Shown here piece after piece: positions 4,026-18,300 of a stretch of 24,694 bases of DNA (position 1 is the first letter of the stretch; every line of letters starts with the position of its first letter). The translations under genes and the position numbers were made by a program. The DNA is from a virus (lineage: Duplodnaviria > Caudoviricetes), in IMG/VR virus record IMGVR_UViG_3300007541_000205, positions 1 to 24,694 of that record. One strand, given 5' to 3'. The notes under the pieces were generated by a model. The model worked only from the letters and a program-made list of their open reading frames with translations, searched no databases and was not told the origin of the DNA.

Positions 4026-4427
4026 ATGTCCATTAAAAGGGTATCGAGATCATTTAAGGATATTAGTTTATCATTTGAACCACATCCAGTCACTAAAGAC
4101 TTACCTATTCTTAAAAATGAGCGGGCAATCATTCGATCTGTTCGAAATATTGTAGAAACTATACCTTCTGAGCGATTTTTTAACTTAGATTTTGGAAGTG
4201 ATGCAAGATCTTCACTATTTTCAATCATTGACTATGGAACAATCGCAGTTATTGAAGATCAAATCATAAGATCAATCAACAATTATGAACCAAGAGTCGA
4301 AAATGTAAGAGTTAATGTGAATTCTACTTATGATGATAACACTGTTGAAGTAGAAGTAATCTTTGATATTATTGGACAGGACTTTCCAACACAAGAGTTT
4401 ACATTTATTCTAGAGGCAACGAGATAA
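4026..4427 (+). CDS. gp25: Baseplate wedge subunit / sheath initiator gp25 (GPW/gp25 family)
   Basis: FKDISLSF.PHPVT.DL, AI.RSV.NIV.T...ER.F...FGS and YEPRV motifs; 133 aa; directly precedes gp6. Confidence 0.95.
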   Translation: MSIKRVSRSFKDISLSFEPHPVTKDLPILKNERAIIRSVRNIVETIPSERFFNLDFGSDARSSLFSIIDYGTIAVIEDQIIRSINNYEPRVENVRVNVNSTYDDNTVEVEVIFDIIGQDFPTQEFTFILEATR

Positions 4428-4428
4428 A

Positions 4429-6348
4429 ATGCCTTTTACAAATTACACAAATCTAGATTTTGATCAGATAAAAACCTCGATCAAAGATTATCTTAGAGCA
4501 AATTCAAATTTCACAGATTTTGATTTTGAAGGATCAAATTTTTCTGTATTGATTGATGTACTAGCATACAATACTTACATCAATGCATTCAATACAAATT
4601 TGACCATAAATGAAGCCTTCTTAGATTCTGCAACTGTAAGAGAGAATGTAGTATCACTGGCAAGAAATATTGGATATGTGCCCAGATCTAGAAAGTGCTC
4701 TACGGCAACAGTTTCTTTTAATATTGAAACAAATGAAACTGGATTATTATATCTGCAACCAGAACTATTGTGTGTTGGTTCAGTCAAAGATTCTTCATAC
4801 ATATTCTCAATTGCAGATGAAATATCTGCATCCATTGTTGATGGAGTAGCATCATTTAACAATATCACAATTTATCAAGGAAGACATATAAAACAAACTT
4901 TTAATGTTGATGCTTCCTTAGATCAGAGATTCATTCTACCAAACTCCTTTATAGATACTTCCACAATTAGAGTCCATGTCAAAGGTCCAAATGACAGTGG
5001 GACTGGTAAGAAATATTCTTTAATCGATAATATTATTACAGTAGATCAAAATTCTGAAATTTTCTTGATTCAAGAAGTTAAAGATGAGAGATATGAATTA
5101 TTATTTGGAGATGGTATAATTGGTAAAAAACTAGAAAATGGATCGAGAATCATCGTTACTTATATTGTAACTGATGGTCGTGAAGGAAATGGAGCTTCTG
5201 AGTTTTCTTTTGCAGGATCTATAAAAAATTCGAATGGTGTTTTAGTAGTACCAACGAATGAAACCATCACAATTACCACAGTACAAGAATCCAAAGATGG
5301 ATCCGAAATTGAAACTGTAGATTCAATTAAATATTATGCCCCAAGAATATATTCATCTCAATATAGAGCAGTTACCGCTAGTGATTATGAATCTTTAATT
5401 AAAACAGAGATCTATCCAAACGCAGATATTGTGACCGTAGTTGGTGGAGAAGAACTAGATCCACCAGAATATGGTTCTGTATCTATATCAATTAAACCAA
5501 AAAATGGTTTATACATCTCCGACTTTGATAAAGAAATTATTTTATCAAAATTAAAGAAATACTCTATCACTGGAATTAATCAAAAATTAATCGATATCAA
5601 AGTTCTCTATGTTGAATTGGATTCTTTTGTTTATTATAATCCTGTCAAATCATCTTCTCCTTTGGCAGTAAAGACAAAAATACAAAAGTCCTTAACAACA
5701 CTTGCGGAATCTTTATATTCAACTAAGATTGGTGGTAGATTCAAATATAGTAAAGTTATTAACTTAATAGATGCGTCTGATAGTTCAATAACATCAAATA
5801 TCACCAAAGTAATCATAAGAAGAAATCTAAACTGTTTATTGAATCAATTTGCTGAATATGAGTTGTGTTATGGAAATAGGTTCCATGTAGATCCTAGTGG
5901 TGGGAACATTAAGTCTACGGGATTTAAAATTCCATCCCAATCTGGATATCTAAATCAAGATGAATATCTTTATTTTACAGATATTCCAAATGCAGATAAA
6001 AAAACAGGTATTATTGCAGTCATCAAACCATCACTAGTACCTGATGTAAAACCACAAACAATAATTAAGTCTGCAGGAACTGTTGATTATGTAACTGGTG
6101 AGATACGTTTAAATGCATTAAATATCACTTCAACACAAAAGCCAAATGGTGTGGTTGAGATACAGGCTTTCCCAGAATCAAATGATGTAATAGGATTGAA
6201 AGATTTGTATCTATCAATCGATATTGAAAAAAGTAAAATAAATATGGCTAAAGATGTTATTACATCTGGAGAGAATACTTCTGGTGTTCTTTTCACTTCA
6301 GATTATTACCAATCAAGTTATTCTAACGGAAGTCTAATAAGGAATTAA
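4429..6348 (+). CDS. gp6: Baseplate wedge subunit gp6
   Basis: LDFDQIK..IKDYL, DFDFEGSN, LAYNTY, FLDSAT.RENVVSLA..IGY.PRS, FGDG and Q.RAVT..DY motifs; 639 aa, similar in size to T4 gp6. Confidence 0.96.
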   Translation: MPFTNYTNLDFDQIKTSIKDYLRANSNFTDFDFEGSNFSVLIDVLAYNTYINAFNTNLTINEAFLDSATVRENVVSLARNIGYVPRSRKCSTATVSFNIETNETGLLYLQPELLCVGSVKDSSYIFSIADEISASIVDGVASFNNITIYQGRHIKQTFNVDASLDQRFILPNSFIDTSTIRVHVKGPNDSGTGKKYSLIDNIITVDQNSEIFLIQEVKDERYELLFGDGIIGKKLENGSRIIVTYIVTDGREGNGASEFSFAGSIKNSNGVLVVPTNETITITTVQESKDGSEIETVDSIKYYAPRIYSSQYRAVTASDYESLIKTEIYPNADIVTVVGGEELDPPEYGSVSISIKPKNGLYISDFDKEIILSKLKKYSITGINQKLIDIKVLYVELDSFVYYNPVKSSSPLAVKTKIQKSLTTLAESLYSTKIGGRFKYSKVINLIDASDSSITSNITKVIIRRNLNCLLNQFAEYELCYGNRFHVDPSGGNIKSTGFKIPSQSGYLNQDEYLYFTDIPNADKKTGIIAVIKPSLVPDVKPQTIIKSAGTVDYVTGEIRLNALNITSTQKPNGVVEIQAFPESNDVIGLKDLYLSIDIEKSKINMAKDVITSGENTSGVLFTSDYYQSSYSNGSLIRN

Positions 6349-6349
6349 T

Positions 6350-9300
6350 ATGATACACGATAGTTTTGAAAATAGAGTTAAGATTCAGGATCTCATAGAA
6401 AATCAGATACCTGAATTTATATCTTCTGAAAACCCCAAATTCTCAGAATTTTTAAAACAGTATTATATTTCTCAAGAAATACAAGGCGGAAATGTGGACC
6501 TTGTAGAAAATCTTATTGATTATTTGAGGTTAGACAATTTAAATAATAGTACTTTAAATCAATCAACAACATTATCTGCAGACGTTTCTTCCACAAATAT
6601 TATTGGTGGAGTAACATCTGAGATTTTTGTCGCTAGTACTAAGGGATTTCCAGCAAAGTATGGTTTGATTCAGATTGGAACTGAAATTATAACATATAAA
6701 TCAAAAACTTCTACAAGTTTTGTAGACTGTGTTAGAGGATTTAGTGGCATAACAGAGTATAAAGATGCATTAAAGTTTTCATCTTCTTCAGTATCCTCAC
6801 ACAATTCAGGAAGTAGTGTAATTAATCTAAGCGTACTATTTCTTCAAGAGTTTTACACTAAAATAAAATCACTAATTTTACCAGAATTACAATCTTCAGA
6901 TCTATATTCAGAACTGAACGTTAATAATTTTTTAAAGAATACTACATCATTATACAAGTCTAAGGGTAGTAAAGAATCATTTAAAATACTTTTTAGAGCA
7001 TTATTTGGAATTACACCTACTATCATTGACTTAGAAAATTATATTGTAAAATCATCAAATGCCGTTTATTTGAGAAGAATTGAACTTTTGGTTCAATTAC
7101 TATCGGAAACTGGTGATCCTTCAAAATTAGTTGGACAGCAAATACAAAAAACAAATAATCCAGATGTATCTGCGTCAGTATCCGAAGTAGAAATTTTAAG
7201 TAGATCTGGAAGAACTTACTATAAAATCTTTTTATATGTTGGAAATGATGATTCCCATATCAACTATGAGGATCTATTTGAAAGTACTCCATCTACTAAA
7301 ACAATAATACCAATTTTATCTTCAGATAATTATGATACAATTACTGTAGATTCTACAATTGGATTTCCTGCTTCTGGTAGTTTTTTATTTGGAACCAATG
7401 AAATATTTTACACCAGTAAAAGTGTAAATCAATTTTTTGGATGTTATACTGTAGGATATTCTCATGTCAATTTAAACATTCCAACAAAATCTATTATAAG
7501 TTCTAAAGATACCTATTTTGGGTATGAAAATGGTGATATTACAAAAAAACTTGAATTTTTATTACTATCAAATATTTCAGATATTATAATTGACAATACT
7601 GCAGAAAATGCCAAGCATATATTTTCAAATGAAGATCTTTATGTTGGTAGTTTAGGAAAACTGATTAGGAATAGAGAAAATATTCCGACAGAAATTTTTT
7701 CGAATAGTTTAGTCTATAATACTAGCGTTAGAATTAAATTATCTAGTTATGATAAACCCTCAGCTTCAGCAATAGTTGATATTGAATTAGATAAAAGTTT
7801 TCTAAAAGTAGGGGATACGGTAGAATTTTTAGAAAGAAATACTGAGATTCTAGTACCGTCACTATCAAACACTACAGTTGAATCAATTAATGGTTCTCAA
7901 ATAAGATTCTCATTATCTCTTGATAGTTTAAATGATTTAAAAACATATGATATTCGCAGAAAATTAAAAACTGCAACTAGTTCATTTGTGCCATTATCTT
8001 TTGATAGTATTACTAGTGATGTATCAAATTTATACTATGAAGATAATAATAACTTATATATTGCGTCCAATTCACTTCCATCATATCAGATTAAAAATAA
8101 TGTTATTAAATCGACAGCATCTTCACTAAAGAATTATGATTCTATAGAGGAAAAATACACTACTTTAGAATTAACTGAGTTATCTTCATTTGTTACTGGG
8201 GATAAAGTATATTATTCATATACTGGTGATCCTATAGGTGGTCTGATAGAAGGTGAATACTATCTTTCAATAACAAATTACAAAGACATAAAATTATATA
8301 CTTCAACATCAAGTATAGTTGTTGATAAGCACATTTATTTTTCATCTTTGCCAAGTGGATCTCATACATTCACATTAGTATCTCAAAAAACTGATGATAA
8401 TAAGTTATATCCAGCAAAGATATTTAAAAAAATATCTTTAAATCATAGTTATCTTGATGGTGGTAATGATGAAATTGGATCAGATACTGTAGGAATTATC
8501 GTTAATGGTGTGGAAATATTGAGTCCAAAATCCACAGATACAATATATTATGGACCATTGGAACGTGTTGATGTAATTAATCAAGGATCTGGATATGATG
8601 TTATAAATCCACCAGTTCTTAAAGTAGAAGGTAATGCTAAATTACAACCTGTGGTTCAAGGTGGTATAGAAAAAGTTTTTGTAGATCCTGTTTATTTTGA
8701 TGTTAAGGAACCATTGGTACTTAAAGTAATTGGTGGAAATGGAAAAAATGCTACATTAAAACCAGTATTAAAAAATAAGTCTAGAGAAATATCTTTCAAT
8801 GCAAGACCAATAGATGATGGTGGCGGTTTAAGTTATGATGATGAGACTATTACATTTTTAACCGACCATAATCTTTATGATGGACAAAAAATTTACTATT
8901 CTTTTGACGAAAATAAAAATCAAAAAATAGGAACATCCCCAGCATATGGCCTAAATCAAAAAACTGGTTACTTAGAAAATAACCAGGGATTCCATGTTGA
9001 AGTAATAAATTCAAAAACAGTAAAACTTTTTACAACATTAAATGATTACAATGCAGGAATAAACACTGTAGGACTTTCAACCGAAGGAAATTTTGGTATA
9101 CACAGATTTAGAACTGAACCGAAAAAAACATTAGATTCTGTAGTAGTGGTAAATCCTGGTGAAGGATATACAAATAGAAAATTAATTGTAAGTCAAAGTG
9201 GTATATCAACTGTATCCGATTCAATTACCTTTAAAAATCATGGATTTTCAACAGGAGAATTGGTAACTTATAATTATGAAACTACTAATATTGGAGGATT

Positions 9301-12300
9301 AACAAGTTCCAATCAATATTATATTTTAAAAATAGATTCAAACTCTTTCAGATTATGTGATGCTGGTCCAAGTGGCACAGATAGTTCAAATTATGATAGG
9401 CAGAAATATGTAGACTTAACTTCTACTGGATCTGGTTATCAGTACTTTAATTATCCTGACATACAGGTAACAGTAACTTATCAACCTGGTCAAAATAATC
9501 AAATTAATCCAATTACGTTAACTCCTGTAGTTAAAGGATCTATAGTAGATACTTATGTGTATGATAATGGTGTTGGATATGGATCAACAATATTGAATGT
9601 AGAAAGTATTCCTTCAATATCTGTTTTACAAGGTAAGGAAGCTTCTTTGAGTGCAATCTTGGTTAATGGAGTAATAGATCGTGTAGTCGTTTTTTATGGT
9701 GGATACGATTTTTATTCTGTACCAGATCTAATAGTTGAAAGTAAAAAAGGAATTGGTGCAATATTAAGAGCAGAAATATCTAATGGAAGAATTACAAATG
9801 TAGTAGTTATAGATGGTGGTAGAGGATATAGTGAAGATGATGTCACAATAAAATTTTCTTTCTCAGGAAAAGATTATTTGCCATATCCAAGAATTAGACC
9901 ATTAACTGTAGACAATTCCTTTAAATATGGAAAACAATATCAAACACGTAGAGATCCTTCATTAGACTTATTATATAAAAATATTAATAATCAACTACAA
10001 TATGTTGTTTGTGGTTACTTTGATGAATTGAGTAAATATTTTAATGAGTCATCAAATGTTCACTCACCAATAATTGGATGGGCTTATGATGGAAATCCAA
10101 TTTATGGTCCTTATGGTTACTCAGATCCTTTAAGACCATCACTAGTAAAACAACTAAAATCCAGTTACATTGAAAGTATTAGTAACGTTGTTAATAGACC
10201 TAGTGGATTTATATCTGGATATTTTATTGATGATTATAAATTTGACGGATCTGGAGATTTAGACATTTATAATGGAAGATGGTGTGTAACCCCAGAATAT
10301 CCAAATGGAATTTATGCATATTTTGCATCAATTAAAATAAATGCAGATAATGAAATTGTTGGAAAGTTTCCATACTTTGTTGGTCCAAAATATAGATCCA
10401 AGAAAATAATAGAAAATAATAGTAATAAATTAAACCAAAGTTATGATTTTAAAAATTCATCTCTATTAAGAAATACTTTACCATTTGGTCCAAATGATCA
10501 AAATTCTATTTACGATTTTTACAGTAGTAATTTAGATAAGCAAATAACAAGAATTACATCAACATCTAAAGGATCTGTGACTGAAATTGAAGTTATTGAT
10601 CCAGGATTAAATTATAAAGTTGGTGATAAGTTAAACTTTAAAAATTATTCTTTAGATAATAAAGGATTTGGAGTAACTGCAACGGTAACGGAACTCAAAG
10701 GTAAAACTATTGATAGTCTCAATAATGAAAGTAAATTATACTTGAATGCAAAGTTATATTCATCTACAGTTGATGGAACTAGAATTTCTATATTACCAAA
10801 TCATGAAATAAAACCAAACACTAGAATAGAAGTTACCGGTTTCACAAGTTCATTTTTAAAATTAAATGGTACTTATGAAGCTAGGGTTAATAACTTTTAT
10901 TCAACATTAGTCGATTCAATACCACAATATAGTGCAGGTATAGTAACAGATATCAAAGTTTCTTCATATCCTAATATAGTTTCTATTGGAAGTTCTATCA
11001 AAATTACAACTAATACCAGTAGTTCAAGTTATGACCAGTATTTCAATATTTTAAATTATTATAAAGATTACTCTATAATAAGATGCAAAAAAGTTGGCGA
11101 TTCTGGATTAAGTACATCTAATTCTACAGTTCATTTCTTACCAAATTTCATAGATATAAATTATGGTGATAGTAACTTTAAATCTTCAACAAACTATAAA
11201 AGATATTTTAATCCTCAACAATCTGTAGGTGTTGGAACTTTTACGGGATCTCAATACAGAAGAAATTTCTATGTTGGAAATAATTTAGTATCAAAAGATA
11301 TACCAATTCAAACAATTTATTTGCCAAATCATGGATTGCGAACAGGACAAAAAGTTCTTTTTGAAAAGCCTACGGCAGGAACTCAATTATTGGTACAAAA
11401 TAGTCCTGATGGATCCTCGTGGAATATTCCAGAAACTGGAAATCAAATAGAGTTATATATTATCAATAAAAATAGTAATCATATTGGACTAACAACTGAA
11501 GTTGGACTTACAACAACCACAAATGGATTGTATTTCCCAAGTGTGTTAAATTCGGGATCAGATAATAATGAATACTCATTTAATACTCTTTATACTGAGG
11601 AATCATGCAAAATATCCCAAAATATAACAACAGTCTCAATTTCAACAGTACACAATTTGAAAGATAATGATAAAATTGAATTGAGTGTAGTTTCAAATCA
11701 AAGTGTTGGTATTGGTACTAGTGGATATCTTAATGTTAAGTATTTTTCAGATACTAAATCCTTATCTTTAAGAGAATTGCAGTTTGATTCTTCGAATGTT
11801 TCTATTAGTGAGAACACACTATCAATACAAGACCACAGATTAAATAATGGTGATAAAGTATATTATATTTCTACTTCTACACCATCGGGAATAACTACTG
11901 GAGTTTATCATGTCAATAGACTTGATGATAATACACTAAGATTGTCGGAAACTTTTAAAGACTCTACAGTTTATCCGTACAATACTTTACAAGTTACAAC
12001 ACAAGGAATTGGTACACAATCCATATTTGTATTACATCCCGAAATCAGTATAATTCGAAATAATGATTTAGTATTTGATGTTTCAGACTCTTCATTACAA
12101 GGATATCAATTAAAATTCTATTATGATGAGGAATTTAAAAATGAATTTAAATCACCATTTATTGTTGGTGTAGGAACAGTTGGAGTAACATCAACAGCTA
12201 GACTGAATTTAAATTATGATGCATCTCTTCCAAAAGAACTTTACTACACAATAGTAGATTCATCTTTGAGTAAAATAACTTCTTCAATATCAAACAATAA

Positions 12301-15300
12301 TAATTCAAAGATCAAATATAGTAATAGCATTTATTCAAATGAATATGACGTATTTGACGTAACTGATACAACATATCAAATTTATCTCCAAGAAAATCCT
12401 GAAATAAACATCTATACTAAAGAAGATTGTGATATTTTAGAGTATACAACAACTTCAACCAATGCAAATGGATCGGTAAACAAAATAACTCTTACCGATG
12501 GTGGAAACATTTATTCAGATTTGCCATATTACTATAACTCCGATAGTGTAAATGGTACAGGACTGGTTGTTAATTTATCTTCAAATAACATTGGTAAAAT
12601 TTTATCAAAAGAAATTTTAAATGGTGGTTTTGAGTATCCTACAGATCCAACTTTATTACCATCATTAAAAGCATCCAAAAATTGTTACATCAATAACTCA
12701 TATTATTTGAAGGATGTTAGTGTAATTTCAGGTGGTTCAAATTATCCAGATGCTCCAAATCTGGTGATTATTGATACTGATACTAGGGAGCTAATTGATC
12801 GGGGGATCTTAATACCAGAAATGTCTGGATCTGGATTTGGAAATTCTAATATATCTGATGTTGCAATCGACAATATTCCATATGGATTGCCAATTACGCC
12901 AGTAACAGTTGTTGCAGTAGACAATTCTAATGGAATAAGAGTTGATAGAGTAACTTCAAGTTCTTCTGGAATTATGACCTGTATACTAAAAACTCCAATT
13001 CTAGGATTCCCAGAAGATCCATTTGCCGTTGGTGATCAAGTTTATGTTGAAAATATTGAAATTATTCCTGATTCTGGTATAGGATTTAATTCGAAAGATC
13101 ATGGATATGTATTATTTGATGTTATTGGGTACACCGCACAGTCAGACCCAGGAGAAATAGAAATTCAAATTCCAAAGTTGTATGGAAATCCTGGCATAGC
13201 AGTAACCTTCCAAATTAATACATTTGCTTCTATAATCAAAAAAGAAAACTATCCAGTATTTAAAGCAACTCATGAGCATTCATCTTTCATTGATGGGGAG
13301 AGTATTTTAATTATTGAATCCGATGAGTCTTTAACCAAAACTGATCTTATTGTTAAAGATTATTCTCAAAACTATGTGAAATTATTTGGATCTACCGATA
13401 TCAGTAAGGGTACAAAAATTAAAGGAAGTACATCTAATTCAATAGCAACTGTGTATGATGTGTCTCAAGTTTCTGGAAGTTATAATGTATCTTCATCAAG
13501 ATTAGTTGAGTATGGGTGGAAGTCTGATTCTGGAAAATTAAATTATGATACTCAATTTATTGCTGATAATGATTATTATCAAAATTTATCATATACAATA
13601 AAGAGTGAAAAAACATGGGAAGAAATAAAGACTCCCGTAAATTCACTTGTTCACCCATTAGGAACCAAGAATTTTGCAGATACACAGATACAAGATAAAG
13701 TAACTGGGATAGTTGATAGTGTTGGTACACATCCAGGTGCTGTAGTAGAAACAACACAGATAATAGATACCCAAGCAAGGGTTGATGTCATAAAAAATTA
13801 TGACATGGTAGTAGATTATGATCCAACAACACAAGCATCAAAACTATTAAAGTTCAATACTGTACAACTTTCGGACTACTTTGGATCAAGATCTAATAGA
13901 GTCTTGAATATTGACAACATTAGTGGACTATTTTCTAGTTCTGATGATGAAAATTTATCAAATAAGTTGACAATTAAGGTTCTTTCGTCAGAAGTATCAT
14001 ATTATAAAGTATTAGTACAAATAAAGAGTAGTCCTGAAAATATACAGAGAGGTATAAATCATCAACAATTAACTGAGGCAGTGCTTTTCCATGATGGTTT
14101 TGAAACTTCATATATTTCCGAAAAAACTGTTTATACAAATAATGAATATGGATATTCTTCTTATGGAAAACTTGATGTAGAGTCTGATGATCTTGGAAAC
14201 TATAATTTATTATTCATTCCAAATGATCCATATAATTATAACTACGAAATTAAAGTATTATCATCATATTTTGGAGTAAATTCAGGAAATTCTGAAGATT
14301 TTTCAGACCTTTATCTTGGACCAGTTTTCATAAGAGGGGCAACAAATTACATTGAAACTGATAATTCAGATATTAATGTATTATCTTTAGAAACATCAAC
14401 ATACAATAGTTTTATTACTGAGGTTTATCTTTATAATAGAACTACTAATATATCAAGATATGTTGAATTATTTGGACTCTATGATGGTATAAGTTCGGAT
14501 GTAATATTAGCAGAGTCTAGTTTTATTGCAAATGATGATGATTTTTCAATATTTACTGGAATTAGTACTTTTGGAGCTTCAATTAATGGGAGCAATCTTG
14601 TTCTTTCTTTTGATAATTATGAAAATAACACTTTTAATATAAAAACAAAAACTTATGCTTTTGGAGATTCATCTGTCGGTGTTGGTACTTATAAATTTTC
14701 TACTTATCTTCAAGATGGAGAATCGGTAAGAACTGTAAGAATTGATACATCAGTATATAATACTGGAACTAACCCAGGAATTTCTACTCTTAGAGAGTAT
14801 GATGGAGATCTATTTAGCTCCATAAAATCTTTAGTGAGAGTAAGTGTGGGTGATACAGTATCACTTCATCAAGTTGCTACACTATATGATGGTGAGAATG
14901 TTTTTATAACTGAGGCACCTTTGGTTTCTACAGGTTCTTCTATTGGACACTTTAGTTCATCACTAGATCAAGAAACTATAAAGTTGGAATTTATTAGAAA
15001 TACAGAATTTTCTAATGAAAATGTGAATATTACACATCTAGACTATTCATTCTATGAATTTTTGGATGAAATAAATGATCCTAGAGAGTTACATATAGGA
15101 AATTTTGTTGAAGATCAATCGGTAGCAAAATATTTTGGATTTAATAGTCAAGAAATTAATAGGTTGAAATTCCCACTTAAGTATCAAAATACTCCCATTT
15201 TTGAAAAATCTTTTAATCCAAATAATAATTTAGTTTTAGATCAAAGTACTGGAATAATTTCGATTGAAGATCATTTCTTTAGTACGGGTGAAAGATTAAT

Positions 15301-18300
15301 TTATAGACCAGATTCATCTTTTATTGGAATTGGAAATAGTTCTATACACATTCAAGATTCTATAAATTCATCTGGTGTGACAACAACCGTTTTACCAGAA
15401 GATGTTTTTGCGATAAGAATTAATAATAATCAGTTTAAACTCGCATCAAATTATGAAAACGCCATGAATGGTATTGGAGTGACAATTACCTACCTTGGAG
15501 AAGGTAATGCTCACAAACTTGAAATGTATAAAAAGAATGAAAAATCACTGATTACTATTAATAATTTAGTTCAGTATCCATTAACATACACGGGCATAGC
15601 TCATTCATTAACTAATAATGGTGGTGGTATTGGTATAGGAAATTCTTTCTTTAACTTGACTGGTATAAGTTCCATTTCTCCAATTGATATATTAAAAATT
15701 GATGATGAATATATGAAGGTTCTTAATGTTGGTATAGGAACAACAGATGGATCTATAACTTATTTAAATGGAGATTTGAATATTGTAGAGGTTGAAAGAG
15801 GATTCTTTGGATCAATATCATCCACACATACAGATCAATCTAAAGTTGACTTATATAAAGGTGCTTACAATATAAGTGGTGATAGTATTTACTTTGCAGA
15901 ACCCCCAAGAGGAAATATTGGTGATCTTGTGACTAAAGATGAAAGAAATCTCTTATATCCAAGAGCATCATTTAGTGGTAGAGTCTTCCTGAAACAAGAT
16001 TATTCGCAAAATGAAATTTATGATGATATTTCATTTGAATTTGATGGTAAAACATCAGAATTTAATTTAACCAGACTGGGAATAAACACTGCAGGATTTA
16101 CTACGACAACTCAAGGTGGAAGCGGTGTTTTATTCATCAATGGAATTTTACAAAACCCACTTACTAATAATTTAACCGATTATTATAATTATAGTCTAGA
16201 TCAAGATGTTCAAACAGGAATAACAACAGTTAGGTTTACTGGTCTTGCAACTGATACTGGAATTTATATAAGTGACTCCGATGTAAATCAAAACCAATTA
16301 CCTAGGGGGGGATTAATTGTTTCTCTTGGTTCAACTTCTGGTCTTGGTTATGCTCCTCTTGTAGGATCTCGGGTCAAGTTAAATGTTGATGAGTATGGAA
16401 CTATAGTAAATCCCGTAGTTTCAATTGCAAGAACTGGAAAGGAAATTGGAATTACTACAGCAGAATATGATCATATCAATGGAATTCTAACCATTGAATC
16501 AGAATCCTCAGAAATTTATAAATTAAGAGAATCTAATTCAAATTATGTTAAATTAGTTGGTCTAGGATTTACTTGCGATAGTCAAGCTGGGATTATATCC
16601 TATTTCCCATACACTCAAAATGAACAAGATCCTTTTGGTGTTGTTGGACTAGGAACAAATACAGTGTCCTTGAATGTTGGTATTAGTACTCTTAAACATT
16701 ATTATGTTGGATATGGTACTGCTTTTGTATGGTTACATGGTCTGACCCCAGGATCTGGATACAGAGAACCACTATCTTATGTGATAAGAGACGCAGCTTC
16801 CGAATATATTCACAGATTTGTTGATGCTGAAGTAGATTCTATCTACACACCAACAAACACTTATGAACCAATATTTGCAGAATATAATCAAAAAACTGGA
16901 GATTTGATTCTTTCTATAGAGGATCATGGACTGACAACTAGTGATACTGTTGGAATCAAAACTGAGTCTATTAGATTTACTTGTTTATCTGATGATCATC
17001 TTGTTCCATATGCATATCCAAGATCAACCGATCCAGTTGCTGGCATATCTACTGAGATTCTTAGTTACACTACAAATTCCATAACAGTTAATGTTGGTGG
17101 AATGGGTGGTTCTGGTGCCGAAATTGATATTGTTGTTGGTGCGGGTGGTACATTAGGATTTACTGTTTCCGCTGGAGGAACGAATTATATAAATCCTGTT
17201 TTAGATATAGAACCACCATCATATGAAAATCTTGAAATGATTGGTGTTTCAAGATTATCTGTGGGTCTTACAACAGAAACTGGAACGGGTATGACTATAA
17301 ATGTGGATGTTGGACCTTCCAGGGTGTATAATGATGATGGTACTGTTGGAATTGGATCTACTTTATTTGAAGTATCTTCATTCGAAGTTTCTAGATATGG
17401 ATATGGATTTAGACGTGGGGATGTTATAAAACCAGTTGGACTAGTTACTGCTGCCGGATTGTCCGAACCAATTGAAGAATTTAAACTATACGTGTTATCC
17501 ACTTATACTGACAACTTTGCTGCTTGGCAATTTGGTCAAATGGACCTTATGGATAATATAAAACCATATCAAAATGGTATTAGAAAACAATTCCCATTAT
17601 TCTACAATGGTGATTTAATATCTTTCCAAAAAGATGTTGATAATATTGAAGAATCACAAAATATTGATTTTAATTCTCTTTTGGTTATATTCGTAAATGG
17701 AATTTTACAAGATCCCGGAATTGCTTATGAGTTTGTTGGTGGAACAACTTTCAGATTCTTAGAAGCACCAAAACCGGAAGATGTGATTCAAGTTTACTTC
17801 TATGTGGGCACCTCTAACGTAGACTCTAGTTTAGTTCTTATTGATGAAACTATTCAACCTGGAGATCAACTTAAAGTCAGAGCTCTTAATAATAGATTAG
17901 ATGAGACTAAGGTACAAAATTCTAGAATGGTGTTTGATATAGTATCTACTGATGTTGTTGAAACTAATTTATACTTTGGGGATGGAATAAATTCTGAAAT
18001 TCTTCGACCCGTTGATTGGATTAAGCAAAAAGAAGATCTTTATATAAATGAAATTTTCTATTCAAAATCTAGAGAGTCCATAGAAGCACAAATTTATCCA
18101 ACAGCAAAGGTAATATATGATTTTAATGAAACAGATGGATCAATATATGTTGATAATGCAGAGTTATTTGCATATGAAGGTGATTCTGCAGTATCTAGTG
18201 ATAAACTAGATTTGATATTAGTTCCATACCAAGACAATGATCAAACTGGAATTGTTACTGCAACTGTTTCAGCAGATGGAACTATTTCAACATTTAACAT

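Noticed and set aside
1385-4228. Track ORFs 1385..1594(-), 1516..1698(-), 3158..3358(+), 3285..3473(-) and 3893..4228(-)
   Set aside because: Shadow or alternative-frame ORFs over credible + strand genes.
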